Assembly (NCBI GenBank): GCA_030538705.1
Contig: JAUNTL010000004.1
Span: 72 to 64,071, forward strand
DNA: 64,000 nucleotides
Direction: 5' to 3'
From: Paracoccus sp. (in: a-proteobacteria)
Lineage (GTDB): Bacteria > Pseudomonadota > Alphaproteobacteria > Rhodobacterales > Rhodobacteraceae
Shown here: positions 45,420 to 54,984 of the stretch, one piece after another
Numbering within the stretch: position 1 is the first letter of the stretch
Layout of the letters: each line of letters starts with the position of its first letter
The notes under the pieces: generated by a model
Database searches by the model: none
The model's input: the letters and a program-made list of their open reading frames with translations, nothing else
Told to the model about the DNA's origin: nothing
Translations under genes and position numbers: made by a program

Positions 45420-46988
45420 ATGCTGACCATCATTGCCGCGCTGTTTCTGGGGGCGCTGTCCGTCGTTCTGGCGATCTTTATCATCCGCTGGAGCGAGAGG
45501 CCGGGCCGGCCGCCGACCCTTTCGGTCGATCTGGTCGCGCCCTGTATCTTTCTGTTTCGCGACGGCCAGCTGATCGACGCGACCGAACCGGCGCGCATCA
45601 TCATGGGCAGCTGTGCCGGCGGCGATCTGGCGGCGCTGCGATCATGGCTGATGCAGCGGTTTGGCGATATCTCGGCGCTTGACCGGCTGGCCGAAACCGG
45701 CGGGCAGGCCGCCATCAGCACCGCCGGCAGCGTCACACCGATGCGGCTGACGGCGCAGGAAACGGATGATGGCGCGCTGCGTCTGATCCTTGTCCAGAAT
45801 GATGCCGAACATGCCGGGGTCGTCGTCGATTCCCTGTCTCAATACGCGATGGAGCAGGAGCTGGCCTTGCTGCGCGCCATCGTTGACGATGCGCCGATGA
45901 TGATCACCCGGCGCGATGACGCGGGCCGGATCACCTGGGCGAATGCCGCCTATCTCAAGGCCGCCGAACAGGACGAGCCGTCGCGGACGCAATGGCCGCT
46001 GCCCGATATCCTCAGCCCGGACAGCGCGCCGGCACCCGACGGGATCAGCTGCCGCGCCAGCATCACCACCGGCGACGGCCGGCATTGGTTCGATTGCTAT
46101 GATCACGGGGGCGCGGACGGGCTGACGACCTATGCCCTGCCCGCCGATGCCGAGGTGCGCGCCGAGCAGAGCCTGCGCGAATTCCTTCAGACCCTGACCA
46201 AGACATTCGCCGACCTGCCCATCGGTCTGGCGATCTTTGACCGCGAGCGTCAGTTGCAGCTGTTCAACCCGGCGCTGATCGACCTCACCGGATTATCTGC
46301 CAGTTTTCTGACCTGCCGGCCGTCGCTGTTCAGCTTTCTGGATCAGCTGCGCGAGTTGCGCATGGTGCCCGAACCACGCGATTACCGGTCCTGGCGGCGC
46401 CAGATCACGACGCTGGAATCCGCCGCGGCCGCCGGCCATCATGTTGAAAACTGGTCCCTGCCCGGCGGGCGCACCTATCGCGTCACCGGCCGGCCGCATC
46501 CCGGCGGCGCCATAGCCTTTCTGTTCGAGGATATCACATCCGAGGTAACGCTGACACGCAAGTTCCGGGCCGAGCTGATCCTCGGCGCGCAGGTTCTTGA
46601 CGGGCTGGAGCAGGCGCTGATCGTGTTCAACGCCGTCGGGCAGGTGGTCGCCAGCAACCGCGCCTATGCCGATCTGTGGGGCGATGCGCCCGACAGGCTG
46701 GGTGATGCGTTCCATATATGGCGCGGTGAATGGGCCGACGCGCCGGGCCTTCAGGCACTGGAACAGGAACTCGGCCGCGAGGATACGGCCGGTCCGGGCA
46801 GCGGGGTGATTTTTGGTCCCGGTGACCGCGGCGTGCTGAACTGGGTGGTGACCGCGCTGCCCGGCGGCAAGCGCATGGTGACATTCGCCAGCCCCTCACC
46901 GGGCGCGCGCCCCGCCCAACGCCGCAACCCCGAGCAGCGCGGCGAACCGGTCATGGCCAGCCCCACCGAACGATCCGCCGGACGATAA
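45420..46988 (+). CDS. Membrane-anchored PAS-domain protein
   Basis: N-terminal TM, WANAAY, TLTKTFADLPIGLAIFD, FNPALIDL; usual position after regB. Confidence 0.8.
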   Translation: MLTIIAALFLGALSVVLAIFIIRWSERPGRPPTLSVDLVAPCIFLFRDGQLIDATEPARIIMGSCAGGDLAALRSWLMQRFGDISALDRLAETGGQAAISTAGSVTPMRLTAQETDDGALRLILVQNDAEHAGVVVDSLSQYAMEQELALLRAIVDDAPMMITRRDDAGRITWANAAYLKAAEQDEPSRTQWPLPDILSPDSAPAPDGISCRASITTGDGRHWFDCYDHGGADGLTTYALPADAEVRAEQSLREFLQTLTKTFADLPIGLAIFDRERQLQLFNPALIDLTGLSASFLTCRPSLFSFLDQLRELRMVPEPRDYRSWRRQITTLESAAAAGHHVENWSLPGGRTYRVTGRPHPGGAIAFLFEDITSEVTLTRKFRAELILGAQVLDGLEQALIVFNAVGQVVASNRAYADLWGDAPDRLGDAFHIWRGEWADAPGLQALEQELGREDTAGPGSGVIFGPGDRGVLNWVVTALPGGKRMVTFASPSPGARPAQRRNPEQRGEPVMASPTERSAGR

Positions 46989-47006
46989 CGGGCAATCGCG
47001 GCCGAT

Positions 47007-47744
47007 TTGTCCGGGCCTGGACTTGTCCTGACCCGTGACGGCGGGGCCGCGACACATGCGCTGTGGTCGCTTTATTCCGAGGGCGATCTGGGCGACGAAT
47101 ATAACGGGCTGAAGGTGCTGGCGCTGCATGCCCATAATGGCGGTCTGCTGCACACCAACGACAAACCGGTCACGAAGATGGAAGATCTGAGCGGCCTGCG
47201 CATCCGCACGCCTTCGCCGCCGGTCAGCGAGATGCTGACCTTTCTGGGCGCCATGCCGCAGGGCCTGCCACCGGGCGAAGTCTATGAAAACCTTCAGCGT
47301 CATGTGATCGACGGCACTGTCTTTCCGTGGGATCCGGTGAAAAGCTTCGGCCTGAACGAGGTGCTGACCGATCACCTCGATATGGGTGCCTATACGGTGT
47401 CCTTTTTCTTTGTGATGAATCAGAAGAAATATGACAGCCTGCCGGAAAACCTGCGCGCCTGTATTGACGAGGCATCCGGTGATGCCCTGGTGGCCCGGTT
47501 CGGCGCGTGGTGGAACAAATGGGATCAGGAGGGCCGCGCCGAGGCCGAGGCCGCCGGCCATAGGATCGTCACGCTTGACGATGCCGAACGCGACCGCTGG
47601 CGCGCGGCGCTGCAACCGATGATCGAAAAATATCTGGAGACGATGAAGTCCGAAGGCGTCGCGGATGCCGCCGAGCTTTATCAGAAATTCCAGGACAAGG
47701 TTGCCGCGTTCGAGGCAGGCGCAACGCCGGCCGCCGCCAACTGA
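47007..47744 (+). pseudogene. dctP: TRAP substrate-binding protein DctP, 5'-truncated
   Basis: EDLSGLRIR, GEVYENLQRHVIDG, VMNQKKYDSLP. Only 245 codons, no ATG or signal peptide, and the upstream in-frame stop is the PAS gene TAA. Confidence 0.75.
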
Positions 47745-47797
47745 CCATACCGGGGGCGGGCAGCAGGTCCGCCCCCCTTTGCTTATCCGGGGCAGCC

Positions 47798-48295
47798 ATG
47801 AGATTTCTGCGAATAGCCGATGTGATCGTCGAATGCCTCGCTGCTTTGGGCGTGCTGGCCTATTGCGCGGCCGCTGTGGTCACCGTGGCCGATATTCTGG
47901 GGCGCCGCATCGGAATGCCCGTGGTCGGCGTGGTGGATATCGTGCAGCTTTTCGTCATGACCGGGGCCTGGCTGGTGATCCCGTGGGGATTTGCCGTCGG
48001 CGCCCATGTCGGCGTCGATTTTCTGGTCGACCGCATGCCCGCACACGCCGCCCGTGCCTGCCGGATCGCGGCCGGGCTTGCCGCCTGCGCGCTGATGGCG
48101 CTGATCTTGTGGAAATGCTTTGGCGCCTGGCAGCTACAGCACATGCTCGGCGACAAATCGCAACAGCTTGGCATCCCGATCAGCTTTTACTGGCTGCCGC
48201 TGCTGGCGGGCGCTGCGGCCTCGATCCTTGCGCTGGCGGCGATGCTGGCGCGGCTGATCTCGGGCCAGCCGGTCACCCCTCAGGCCGCGCATTGA
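47798..48295 (+). CDS. TRAP transporter small permease (DctQ)
   Basis: About 4 TM segments, DILGR, HVGVD. Confidence 0.85.
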   Translation: MRFLRIADVIVECLAALGVLAYCAAAVVTVADILGRRIGMPVVGVVDIVQLFVMTGAWLVIPWGFAVGAHVGVDFLVDRMPAHAARACRIAAGLAACALMALILWKCFGAWQLQHMLGDKSQQLGIPISFYWLPLLAGAAASILALAAMLARLISGQPVTPQAAH

Positions 48296-48302
48296 GGATG
48301 AT

Positions 48303-49595
48303 ATGACAATTCCCCTGATCGGCCTTGCCGGCTTTGTTCTGACGCTCGCGCTGATCGGGCTGGGCTTTCCCGTCGCGGTGGCCATGGCCGTAGTCGGGCT
48401 GGGCGGTGTGGTGCTGACCGGGGGCTGGGATCAGGCCGCCTATACGCTGGGCACCGCGCCATTCGAGGCGATATTTCCCTATAGTTTCAGCGTCATCCCC
48501 CTGTTCGTTCTGATGGGGGTCTTCGCCGCGCATGCGGGGTTATCGCGGTCACTTTTCGACCTGATCAACGCCTTTGTCGGCCATTGGCGGGGCGGGCTGG
48601 GCGTGTCGTCGATCGGCGCCTCGGCAATGTTCGGTGCGATCTGCGGATCGTCACTGGCGACGGTCGCCACCATCGGGAGGGTCGCCATGCCCGAGATGCG
48701 CCGCTTTGGCTATGATGACAGCCTTGCGGCGGCATCGGTCGCGGCCGGGGGGACATTGGGGGTGCTGATCCCGCCCTCGATCATTCTGGTGATCTTCGGA
48801 CTGCTGACCCAGACCTCGATCGGGGCGCTGTTCATCGGCGCCATCGTGCCGGGCCTGCTGGGCACGCTGCTGTATGCGCTTGCGGTGATCCTGCGCGTGC
48901 GGCTGCGCCCTGAACTGGCGCCCGCCGGTCCGCGCGTCCCCTGGCTGCCGCGTCTGGCCCTGTTCCGGCGCGTCTGGCCGGTCGTGCTGCTGTTTGGCAC
49001 GGTGATCGGCGGGATGCAGCTTGGCTGGTTCTCGCCGACCGAGGCCGCGGCCGTCGGGGCCGTCGGGGCCGCGCTGCTGGCCCTGGTGATGGGCGGGCTG
49101 AACGCGCCGGTGCTGCGCCAGATCCTGCGCGAGACGGCGGCGCTGACCGGGCTGATCTTTCTGATCCTGATCGGGGCGTCCTTTTTCAACTTTTTCCTTG
49201 AGACCACCGGTCTGCCAAGGATGCTGGCCGATACGATTGCCGGCTCGGGGCTGCATCCGACCACGGTGATGGTGCTGATCCTGATCTTCTACATCGTCCT
49301 GGGCTGCTTTATGGATTCGATGTCGATGGTGCTGCTGACCGTTCCGCTGCTGGCGCCGGTCGCGGTGGCCCTTGGCTATGACATGGTCTGGTTCGGCGTG
49401 CTGGTCGTTACGGTGGCCGAGATCGGCCTGATCACCCCGCCTGTGGGGATGAACCTGTTCGTGGTGCAGGGCTGTGTTCCGGGGCTGCGGCAGGAAGCCG
49501 TGATCCGCGGCATCCTGCCATTCATTCTGGCGGATCTGGTCCGGCTGGCGCTGCTGGTCGCGGTACCCGCGCTGACGATCTGGCATCTGGGATAG
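48303..49595 (+). CDS. TRAP transporter large permease (DctM)
   Basis: IPLFVLMG, GAICGSS, GGTLGVLIPPS, PTEAA, ITPPVGMNLF. Confidence 0.93.
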   Translation: MTIPLIGLAGFVLTLALIGLGFPVAVAMAVVGLGGVVLTGGWDQAAYTLGTAPFEAIFPYSFSVIPLFVLMGVFAAHAGLSRSLFDLINAFVGHWRGGLGVSSIGASAMFGAICGSSLATVATIGRVAMPEMRRFGYDDSLAAASVAAGGTLGVLIPPSIILVIFGLLTQTSIGALFIGAIVPGLLGTLLYALAVILRVRLRPELAPAGPRVPWLPRLALFRRVWPVVLLFGTVIGGMQLGWFSPTEAAAVGAVGAALLALVMGGLNAPVLRQILRETAALTGLIFLILIGASFFNFFLETTGLPRMLADTIAGSGLHPTTVMVLILIFYIVLGCFMDSMSMVLLTVPLLAPVAVALGYDMVWFGVLVVTVAEIGLITPPVGMNLFVVQGCVPGLRQEAVIRGILPFILADLVRLALLVAVPALTIWHLG

Positions 49596-49681
49596 GGCGG
49601 GTCCGGCCAGCCCCGGCGACGGATCAGGCGCCCGCAGGGACGGCGCTGCTTTGCGCGCGCGCGCCCCGGCCCTATCACGGA

Positions 49682-49888
49682 TCAGCGTGGCGGCGGCAGG
49701 CGCAGGTCGGATTTGGGACCGGCGAAATACCACAGGATAAAGCCGACGACCGGGAAAACCGCGACGACCAGCACCCAGATGATTTTTGCATTACGCTCGG
49801 CATTCGAGTTGATGATCTGGGCAATCGCCCATACCGCAAGCACGAATACGATCAGGCTGATCAGGCCGGTGAACATGTTGAACTGCAT
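49682..49888 (-). CDS. Small membrane protein (PLDc N-terminal domain)
   Basis: Two TM helices, KIIWVLVV..FPVVGFILWYFAGP. Confidence 0.75.
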   Translation of the reverse strand: MQFNMFTGLISLIVFVLAVWAIAQIINSNAERNAKIIWVLVVAVFPVVGFILWYFAGPKSDLRLPPPR

Positions 49889-50032
49889 ACTGGCTCCGTC
49901 GGGTTGGATGACCTCTGTCCCTCAACGAGGCCGGCCCGCCCGCGGTTCCACCCGTGATCAGATCATGCGGCGCACCGCGCCCGCACGGCATGACGGCGCG
50001 GCCACCCCGGCAGCAGCGGCCCCGCAGACAGG

Positions 50033-51334
50033 TTACAGAACATAGCGCGACAGGTCGGTCGAACGCGACAGATCGCCCAGATGCTGTTCGACAAATCCGG
50101 CATCAACGCGGACGGTTTCCCCGTCGCGGTCGGGCGCCGAAAAAGACAGCTCTTCGAACACGCGCTCGACCACGGTATAAAGCCGGCGCGCCCCGATATT
50201 TTCAATACTGGCATTGACCTCGGCCGCGATCCGCGCAAGCGCGGCGATGCCTTCGGGCGTGAATTCGACCGTCACACCCTCGGTCCCCATCAGCGCCGTA
50301 TACTGGCGGGTCAGCGCATTGTCGGTTTCGGTGAGAATGCGGACAAAGTCATCCTCTGTCAGGGCGCGCAGCTCGACCCGGATCGGCAGACGCCCCTGCA
50401 ATTCGGGCAACAGATCCGAGGGTTTCGACACATGGAACGCACCCGAGGCGATGAACAGGATATGGTCGGTCTTGACCGGGCCGTATTTCGTCGAAACCGT
50501 CGTCCCCTCGATCAGCGGCAGCAGGTCGCGCTGCACGCCCTCGCGGCTGACATCGCCGCCACGGGCATCTGCACGGGCGCAAACCTTGTCGATCTCATCA
50601 ATAAAGACGATGCCATTTTGCTGCACCGCCTCAAGCGCGGTGGTCTTGACGGCCTCGTCATCCAGCAGCTTGTCTGCCTCTTCCGCCAGCAGCAGGTCAT
50701 AGCTTTCGGCAACGGTGACCTTGCGCGTCACGCGGCGCCCGCCGAATGCCTTCATCAGGCCCGACAGGTCCATCATCCCGCCCAGCTGGCCGCCACCGGG
50801 CATTTCCATCATGCCCAGCGGGCTGGAGTTATCCAGCATCTCGATCTCGATTATGGTGTCGTCCAGCTCGCCGCGCTTGAGCTTGTCGCGAAACATCGAG
50901 CGGGTCTGATCGCGCGCACCCTCGCCGGCCAGCACCGCGATGACACGATCCTCGGCGGCCTTGTGGGCGCGGGCGCGAACCTCGTCGCGCATCCGCTCGC
51001 GCGTGTCGATCATGGCGGCGTCGGTCAGATCGCGGATAATCTGTTCAACATCGCGCCCGACATAACCGACCTCGGTGAACTTGGTCGCCTCGACCTTGAT
51101 AAAGGGTGCCTGCGCCAGCCGGGCCAGACGGCGGCTGATTTCGGTCTTGCCGACGCCGGTCGGGCCGATCATCAGGATGTTTTTCGGGTAAACCTCGTCG
51201 CGCAGATCATCGGCCAGCTGGCGGCGGCGCCAGCGATTGCGCAGGGCGACGGCAACGGCGCGCTTGGCGTCCTTTTGCCCGATGATAAAGCGGTCAAGCT
51301 CGGACACGATCTCGCGGGGGGTCAGGTCGGTCAT
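50033..51334 (-). CDS. hslU: ATP-dependent protease ATPase subunit HslU
   Basis: [40 protein letters not shown]. Confidence 0.97.
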   Translation of the reverse strand: MTDLTPREIVSELDRFIIGQKDAKRAVAVALRNRWRRRQLADDLRDEVYPKNILMIGPTGVGKTEISRRLARLAQAPFIKVEATKFTEVGYVGRDVEQIIRDLTDAAMIDTRERMRDEVRARAHKAAEDRVIAVLAGEGARDQTRSMFRDKLKRGELDDTIIEIEMLDNSSPLGMMEMPGGGQLGGMMDLSGLMKAFGGRRVTRKVTVAESYDLLLAEEADKLLDDEAVKTTALEAVQQNGIVFIDEIDKVCARADARGGDVSREGVQRDLLPLIEGTTVSTKYGPVKTDHILFIASGAFHVSKPSDLLPELQGRLPIRVELRALTEDDFVRILTETDNALTRQYTALMGTEGVTVEFTPEGIAALARIAAEVNASIENIGARRLYTVVERVFEELSFSAPDRDGETVRVDAGFVEQHLGDLSRSTDLSRYVL

Positions 51335-51461
51335 CGGGGCTCCTGTCTCATTTTCGCACCACTTAGACAGCGGGATGCGGCGTTTCAACCAAGAGGCTTT
51401 GAGGAATCGGTCCGAGGCCGCATTCTGGGCGGCCTTTCAACGCAATCCGAAGGACCGATCA

Positions 51462-52097
51462 ATGCGACCCGTCCGCGCGACGACCGAAACGACGACCATG
51501 ACACGCAGGGGGCTGGCCGCGCGGCTGGCCGCAACGGCCGCGGCAACGCTGGCCGGCGGGCAGGCCGTCGCAAGCCCGGCGTCCGGTGGCGTCGCGGGTG
51601 ATCCGGTGCTGCGTGATGCGGCGCTGCGCGGGCTTGCGCTTGCCGGCCAGCGCGGCGATCCGGTTGCGGCGGCCGCAGCGCAGGCGCTGATCGCCACGCT
51701 GGCCGCGACCGATCCCGAAGGCGCGTTGCTGGCGCGGCTTTACGCCCGGCTGGATATCCGTCCCGCCGCCTATTGGGCCGAGGGCCGGCCCATGCGCGGC
51801 GACGAGCGCGCGCCCGCCGCCCCCGATCTGGCCGCGCTGCATGACGCCATCGCCGCCTGCCGGCCGGTCGGTTTTTCCTATACCGACCTTGAGGGCCATA
51901 CGACCCGGCGCGAGGTTCTGCCCTTGGCCCTTGTCCACCCGCCACAGGGGGTCAAGCTGCTGGGTTTCTGCCGCGAACGCGGGGATTACCGGCAGTTCTT
52001 TGTCCGTGCAGTCGCAGATCTGAGCATGCAAGAGGGCGATTTCACCGCCGACCGCCTGTCCCTGCTGCAAGGTCTGGCCGAGAAAGAGGGGGCATAA
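51462..52097 (+). CDS. WYL-domain protein with Tat-like N-terminus and no HTH
   Basis: AAGGA RBS; LHDAI...VGFSYTD.EGHTTRREVLPLAL...LLGFCRERGDYRQF is a WYL-fold pattern; N-terminal TRRGLA + hydrophobic stretch + AVA. Confidence 0.75.
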   Translation: MRPVRATTETTTMTRRGLAARLAATAAATLAGGQAVASPASGGVAGDPVLRDAALRGLALAGQRGDPVAAAAAQALIATLAATDPEGALLARLYARLDIRPAAYWAEGRPMRGDERAPAAPDLAALHDAIAACRPVGFSYTDLEGHTTRREVLPLALVHPPQGVKLLGFCRERGDYRQFFVRAVADLSMQEGDFTADRLSLLQGLAEKEGA

Positions 52098-52108
52098 GCG
52101 CCCCTCTT
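52084..52108 (+). terminator. Hairpin over the WYL stop codon
   Basis: AAGAGGGGGC-ATAAGC-GCCCCTCTT inverted repeat. Confidence 0.45.
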
Positions 52109-52150
52109 CACTCTGTCAGCTTTCGTGTCGCGCCGGGGGGTCGGCAAGCC

Positions 52151-52343
52151 ATCGCGGTCGGCGAGCGGTGTCCGGGGTGGCGTCCTCTGGGGTTTGAGCT
52201 GTCGAACGCCGGCTATGTTGCAGTTGGCCTGCGCTATCCTCATGGGCATCACGCCACAGGGCGAAAAACTGTTGCAGTTGGCCTGCGGTTTCTGAAGCGC
52301 TATCCCCGGGCGGCTTTGGTGCGATCCGGCAATACCGTTGCAG
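52151..52343 (+). CRISPR. Orphan degenerate type II-C-like CRISPR array (3 spacers of 30 nt)
   Basis: Intact 36-nt repeat GTTGCAGTTGGCCTGCGGTTTCTGAAGCGCTATCCC (52271-52306), a 12-nt-deleted copy (52217-52240), a degenerate copy (52151-52186, about 22/36 identical) and a stub GTTGCAG (52337). All are separated by exactly 30 nt. Confidence 0.8.
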
Positions 52344-52406
52344 GGCCGTTAACAAGCAGCTTGATTGCACCAGATAAGGGCAGGGCTATGGCCCTGCTTT
52401 TGTTTT
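52344..52406 (+). ncRNA. tracrRNA-like 3' module fused to the last repeat
   Basis: GCCGTTAAC can pair with the repeat 5' end GTTGC. It is followed by a CAAG-CAG-CTTG hairpin, a linker, and GCAGGGC-TATG-GCCCTGC-TTTTGTTTT terminator. Confidence 0.6.
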
Positions 52407-52580
52407 CCTGTCTTATGCGGGGCATGCAATTGCGGCCATGGCGGCAGGCCCGATACCGGCGCAACCTGTGGCTTGGCCCGGACGGACGGATGGCCGCTCA
52501 TTGGCCATGACCCTGACCCGCATACCGGCTGAGCGCATGCCACGTCCCCCGCCAGAGACGGGCAGTTGGCGGCTGCCCGT

Positions 52581-53375
52581 TCAGCCGCAGCATATCGCGG
52601 CTTCGGACAGCAGCGTCTGATGGGCGGGATCATCGGTGGCAAAGAACGCCGCCTCCAGCCGGGTGCCCATTTCGGGCGACATCAGCCAGTTGCCCAGCAG
52701 CCGCGCCTCGTCCGGGACATCGGACAGGATGATGCCGTCAAGGGCATGGCCGGCGCCGTCCGGTCTGACCTTGGTCAGGATGGCGATGGCCAGATGCAGC
52801 GACATCGCCGGCGAGCGGTCGGCATCCGCTACGGCGATGATCCGGTCCGCCCCGAACTCCGCCAGCACCAGCATTGAAATCATGTCGACCAGCCGCGTGA
52901 ACGGGCGGTGACGCTGCCCGCAACTGGCGCAAAAGCCGGTCTCGGGCGCGCTCATCTGTGCCGCATGGGGCAGCCATGCGGTAAAGAACGCATCGACCGC
53001 CGCCGCCTCGGGCGCGGGCCAACGGGCGCGATAACCGGCATCACGCAGCCGCTGCAATGTGAAATCATAGCCGCCATCCAGAGATGGCGGGTCGAGGCGC
53101 GCCAGCAGCTCGAAATAGCGCGGCAAAAGCTGCTTGAACTCGGCCTCGATATCCTCGTCATAGCCATGGGCCGAGTTGGTATATTCCGCCAGCAAGGCCG
53201 CAGGCATCTGGCGCGGGTCGGTCCGCGCCAGCAGATCGGCATGCTGCTGCGAAACGCAGACGTTGCAATGACACAGGATCAGCCTGCGATGCGGGCCATG
53301 CCAGGGAAAGACCGTCCATGCCGCGTCAATCGCCGCTTGCAGCGCGCCGGGCAGCGGTTCTGTCCCGTTCGTCAT
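52581..53375 (-). CDS. Hypothetical protein with CxCxxC and CxxC motifs
   Basis: Protein-like ORF directly downstream of hslV; LCHCNVC, FKQLLPRYFELL, FCASCG. Confidence 0.7.
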   Translation of the reverse strand: MTNGTEPLPGALQAAIDAAWTVFPWHGPHRRLILCHCNVCVSQQHADLLARTDPRQMPAALLAEYTNSAHGYDEDIEAEFKQLLPRYFELLARLDPPSLDGGYDFTLQRLRDAGYRARWPAPEAAAVDAFFTAWLPHAAQMSAPETGFCASCGQRHRPFTRLVDMISMLVLAEFGADRIIAVADADRSPAMSLHLAIAILTKVRPDGAGHALDGIILSDVPDEARLLGNWLMSPEMGTRLEAAFFATDDPAHQTLLSEAAICCG

Positions 53376-53406
53376 GCGCACCTCGCACAGATCATCGGGA
53401 TCGGCG

Positions 53407-53964
53407 CTAGCCGCCGATGGTTTCGACCGTCAGGTTTCCATTCGTATAGACGCAGATATCGGCAGCGATGGCCATCGCCTTGCGCGCGACCGCCTCGGCA
53501 TCCAGATCGCTCTCCATCAGCCCGCGCGCCGCCGCCAGCGCATAGTTCCCGCCCGAGCCGATGGCGGCCACGTCATGTTCGGGTTCCAGCACATCGCCCG
53601 CGCCGGTCACGACATAGATCTGCGCACCATCGGTCACGATCAGCATCGCCTCGAGGTTGCGCAGGTATTTGTCGGTGCGCCAGTCCTTTGCCAGCTCGAC
53701 ACAGGCGCGCTGCAACTGGCCGGGTGCGGCCTCCAGCTTTTTTTCAAGGCGTTCCAGCAAGGTGAAAGCATCCGCCGTTGATCCGGCAAAGCCCACCACC
53801 ACATCGCGCCCGCCCGGCGACAGGCGGCGGACCTTGCGCGCGCTGCCCTTCATCACCGTCTGGCCGACGCTGACCTGACCGTCACCCGCGACGACGACCT
53901 TGCCGTCGCGCCTGACCGCGAGAATGGTCGTTCCATGCCAGCCGGGAAATCTGTCTTCTGCCAT
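53407..53964 (-). CDS. hslV: ATP-dependent protease subunit HslV
   Basis: [38 protein letters not shown]. Confidence 0.97.
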   Translation of the reverse strand: MAEDRFPGWHGTTILAVRRDGKVVVAGDGQVSVGQTVMKGSARKVRRLSPGGRDVVVGFAGSTADAFTLLERLEKKLEAAPGQLQRACVELAKDWRTDKYLRNLEAMLIVTDGAQIYVVTGAGDVLEPEHDVAAIGSGGNYALAAARGLMESDLDAEAVARKAMAIAADICVYTNGNLTVETIGG

Positions 53965-54061
53965 GCGATACTCCTTCGTTATGGATCAGATAGGTCCGCG
54001 CGGACATGGTCGCAAGCCGCAGCCCATTGCCGGGGGCGCGCACCAGCCCTATCCATGCATC

Positions 54062-54949
54062 ATGACCCAGCGTGTCCTGACGATTCACCTTGACCCGGCG
54101 ATGACGGAACATGCCCTGTCGGGGCAGTTCAATTTCATCAACCGTGTCCGCGCCGCCACAGAAAGCCGGGGCTGGCAGACCGCGCTCGCCCCCGAGACCG
54201 GCCAGCGGCCGGAACGTTATCATTATGCGCTGCATCATATGAGCGGGCCGGCCCATCCGCGGGTCAAGATATTCCGGCGGACCTATTATTACCCGTTCTG
54301 GCACATCGAATCTGATCCGCGCCGCTGGCACTGGCCGGTGGCAAGGGCGGCATTCAACCCCAACCGCATCGACACAGCCGGGGCGCGCCGCTTTATCCAT
54401 CAGCTGCGCCAGCGCATCATGCCGGGCCTGACGCCGGTCGCGCCGGAACATGTGCTGATCCCCTTGCAGGCGCAGCTGACCGAGACGCGATCATTTCAGA
54501 CCATGAGCCCGCTGGAAATGGTCGCAGCCGTCGCCGCAACCGGCAAGACCTGTATCGCCACGCTGCACCCCGGAGGGCACTACAGCGCGGCCGAGCTGGC
54601 GGCGCTGGACGATCTGGCCGCGCGCTATTCAAATCTGTCCGTCGGCGGCGACAGCCGTTCACTGCTCGCGGCGGCGGAATATGTGGCAACGCAAAACAGC
54701 GCGGTCGGTTTTGACGCCTATTTGCTGGCCCGGCCGGTGGTGCTGTTTGCCCAGACCGATTTTCACCATATCGCGCTGAACGTCGCCGATACCGGTGTCG
54801 CGCGCGCATTGGAACAGGCCCCCGGCCACAGGGCGCATTATGCGAAATATCTGTGGTGGTTCCTGCGCCGGCAGGCCATCGACGCCATGGCGCCGGACGC
54901 CGATCTGCATATCCTCGCGGCCATGAAAAAGGGCGGCTGGCCGATCTGA
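54062..54949 (+). CDS. Capsular polysaccharide biosynthesis-like (KpsS/KpsC-like) protein
   Basis: LIPLQ, LHP, VATQNSAVGFDAYL..RPVVLF resemble the capsule-synthesis fold. Confidence 0.55.
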   Translation: MTQRVLTIHLDPAMTEHALSGQFNFINRVRAATESRGWQTALAPETGQRPERYHYALHHMSGPAHPRVKIFRRTYYYPFWHIESDPRRWHWPVARAAFNPNRIDTAGARRFIHQLRQRIMPGLTPVAPEHVLIPLQAQLTETRSFQTMSPLEMVAAVAATGKTCIATLHPGGHYSAAELAALDDLAARYSNLSVGGDSRSLLAAAEYVATQNSAVGFDAYLLARPVVLFAQTDFHHIALNVADTGVARALEQAPGHRAHYAKYLWWFLRRQAIDAMAPDADLHILAAMKKGGWPI

Positions 54950-54984
54950 CCGCCGCCCCCCTTGTCAGCCGTCCGGCCTGCGCC

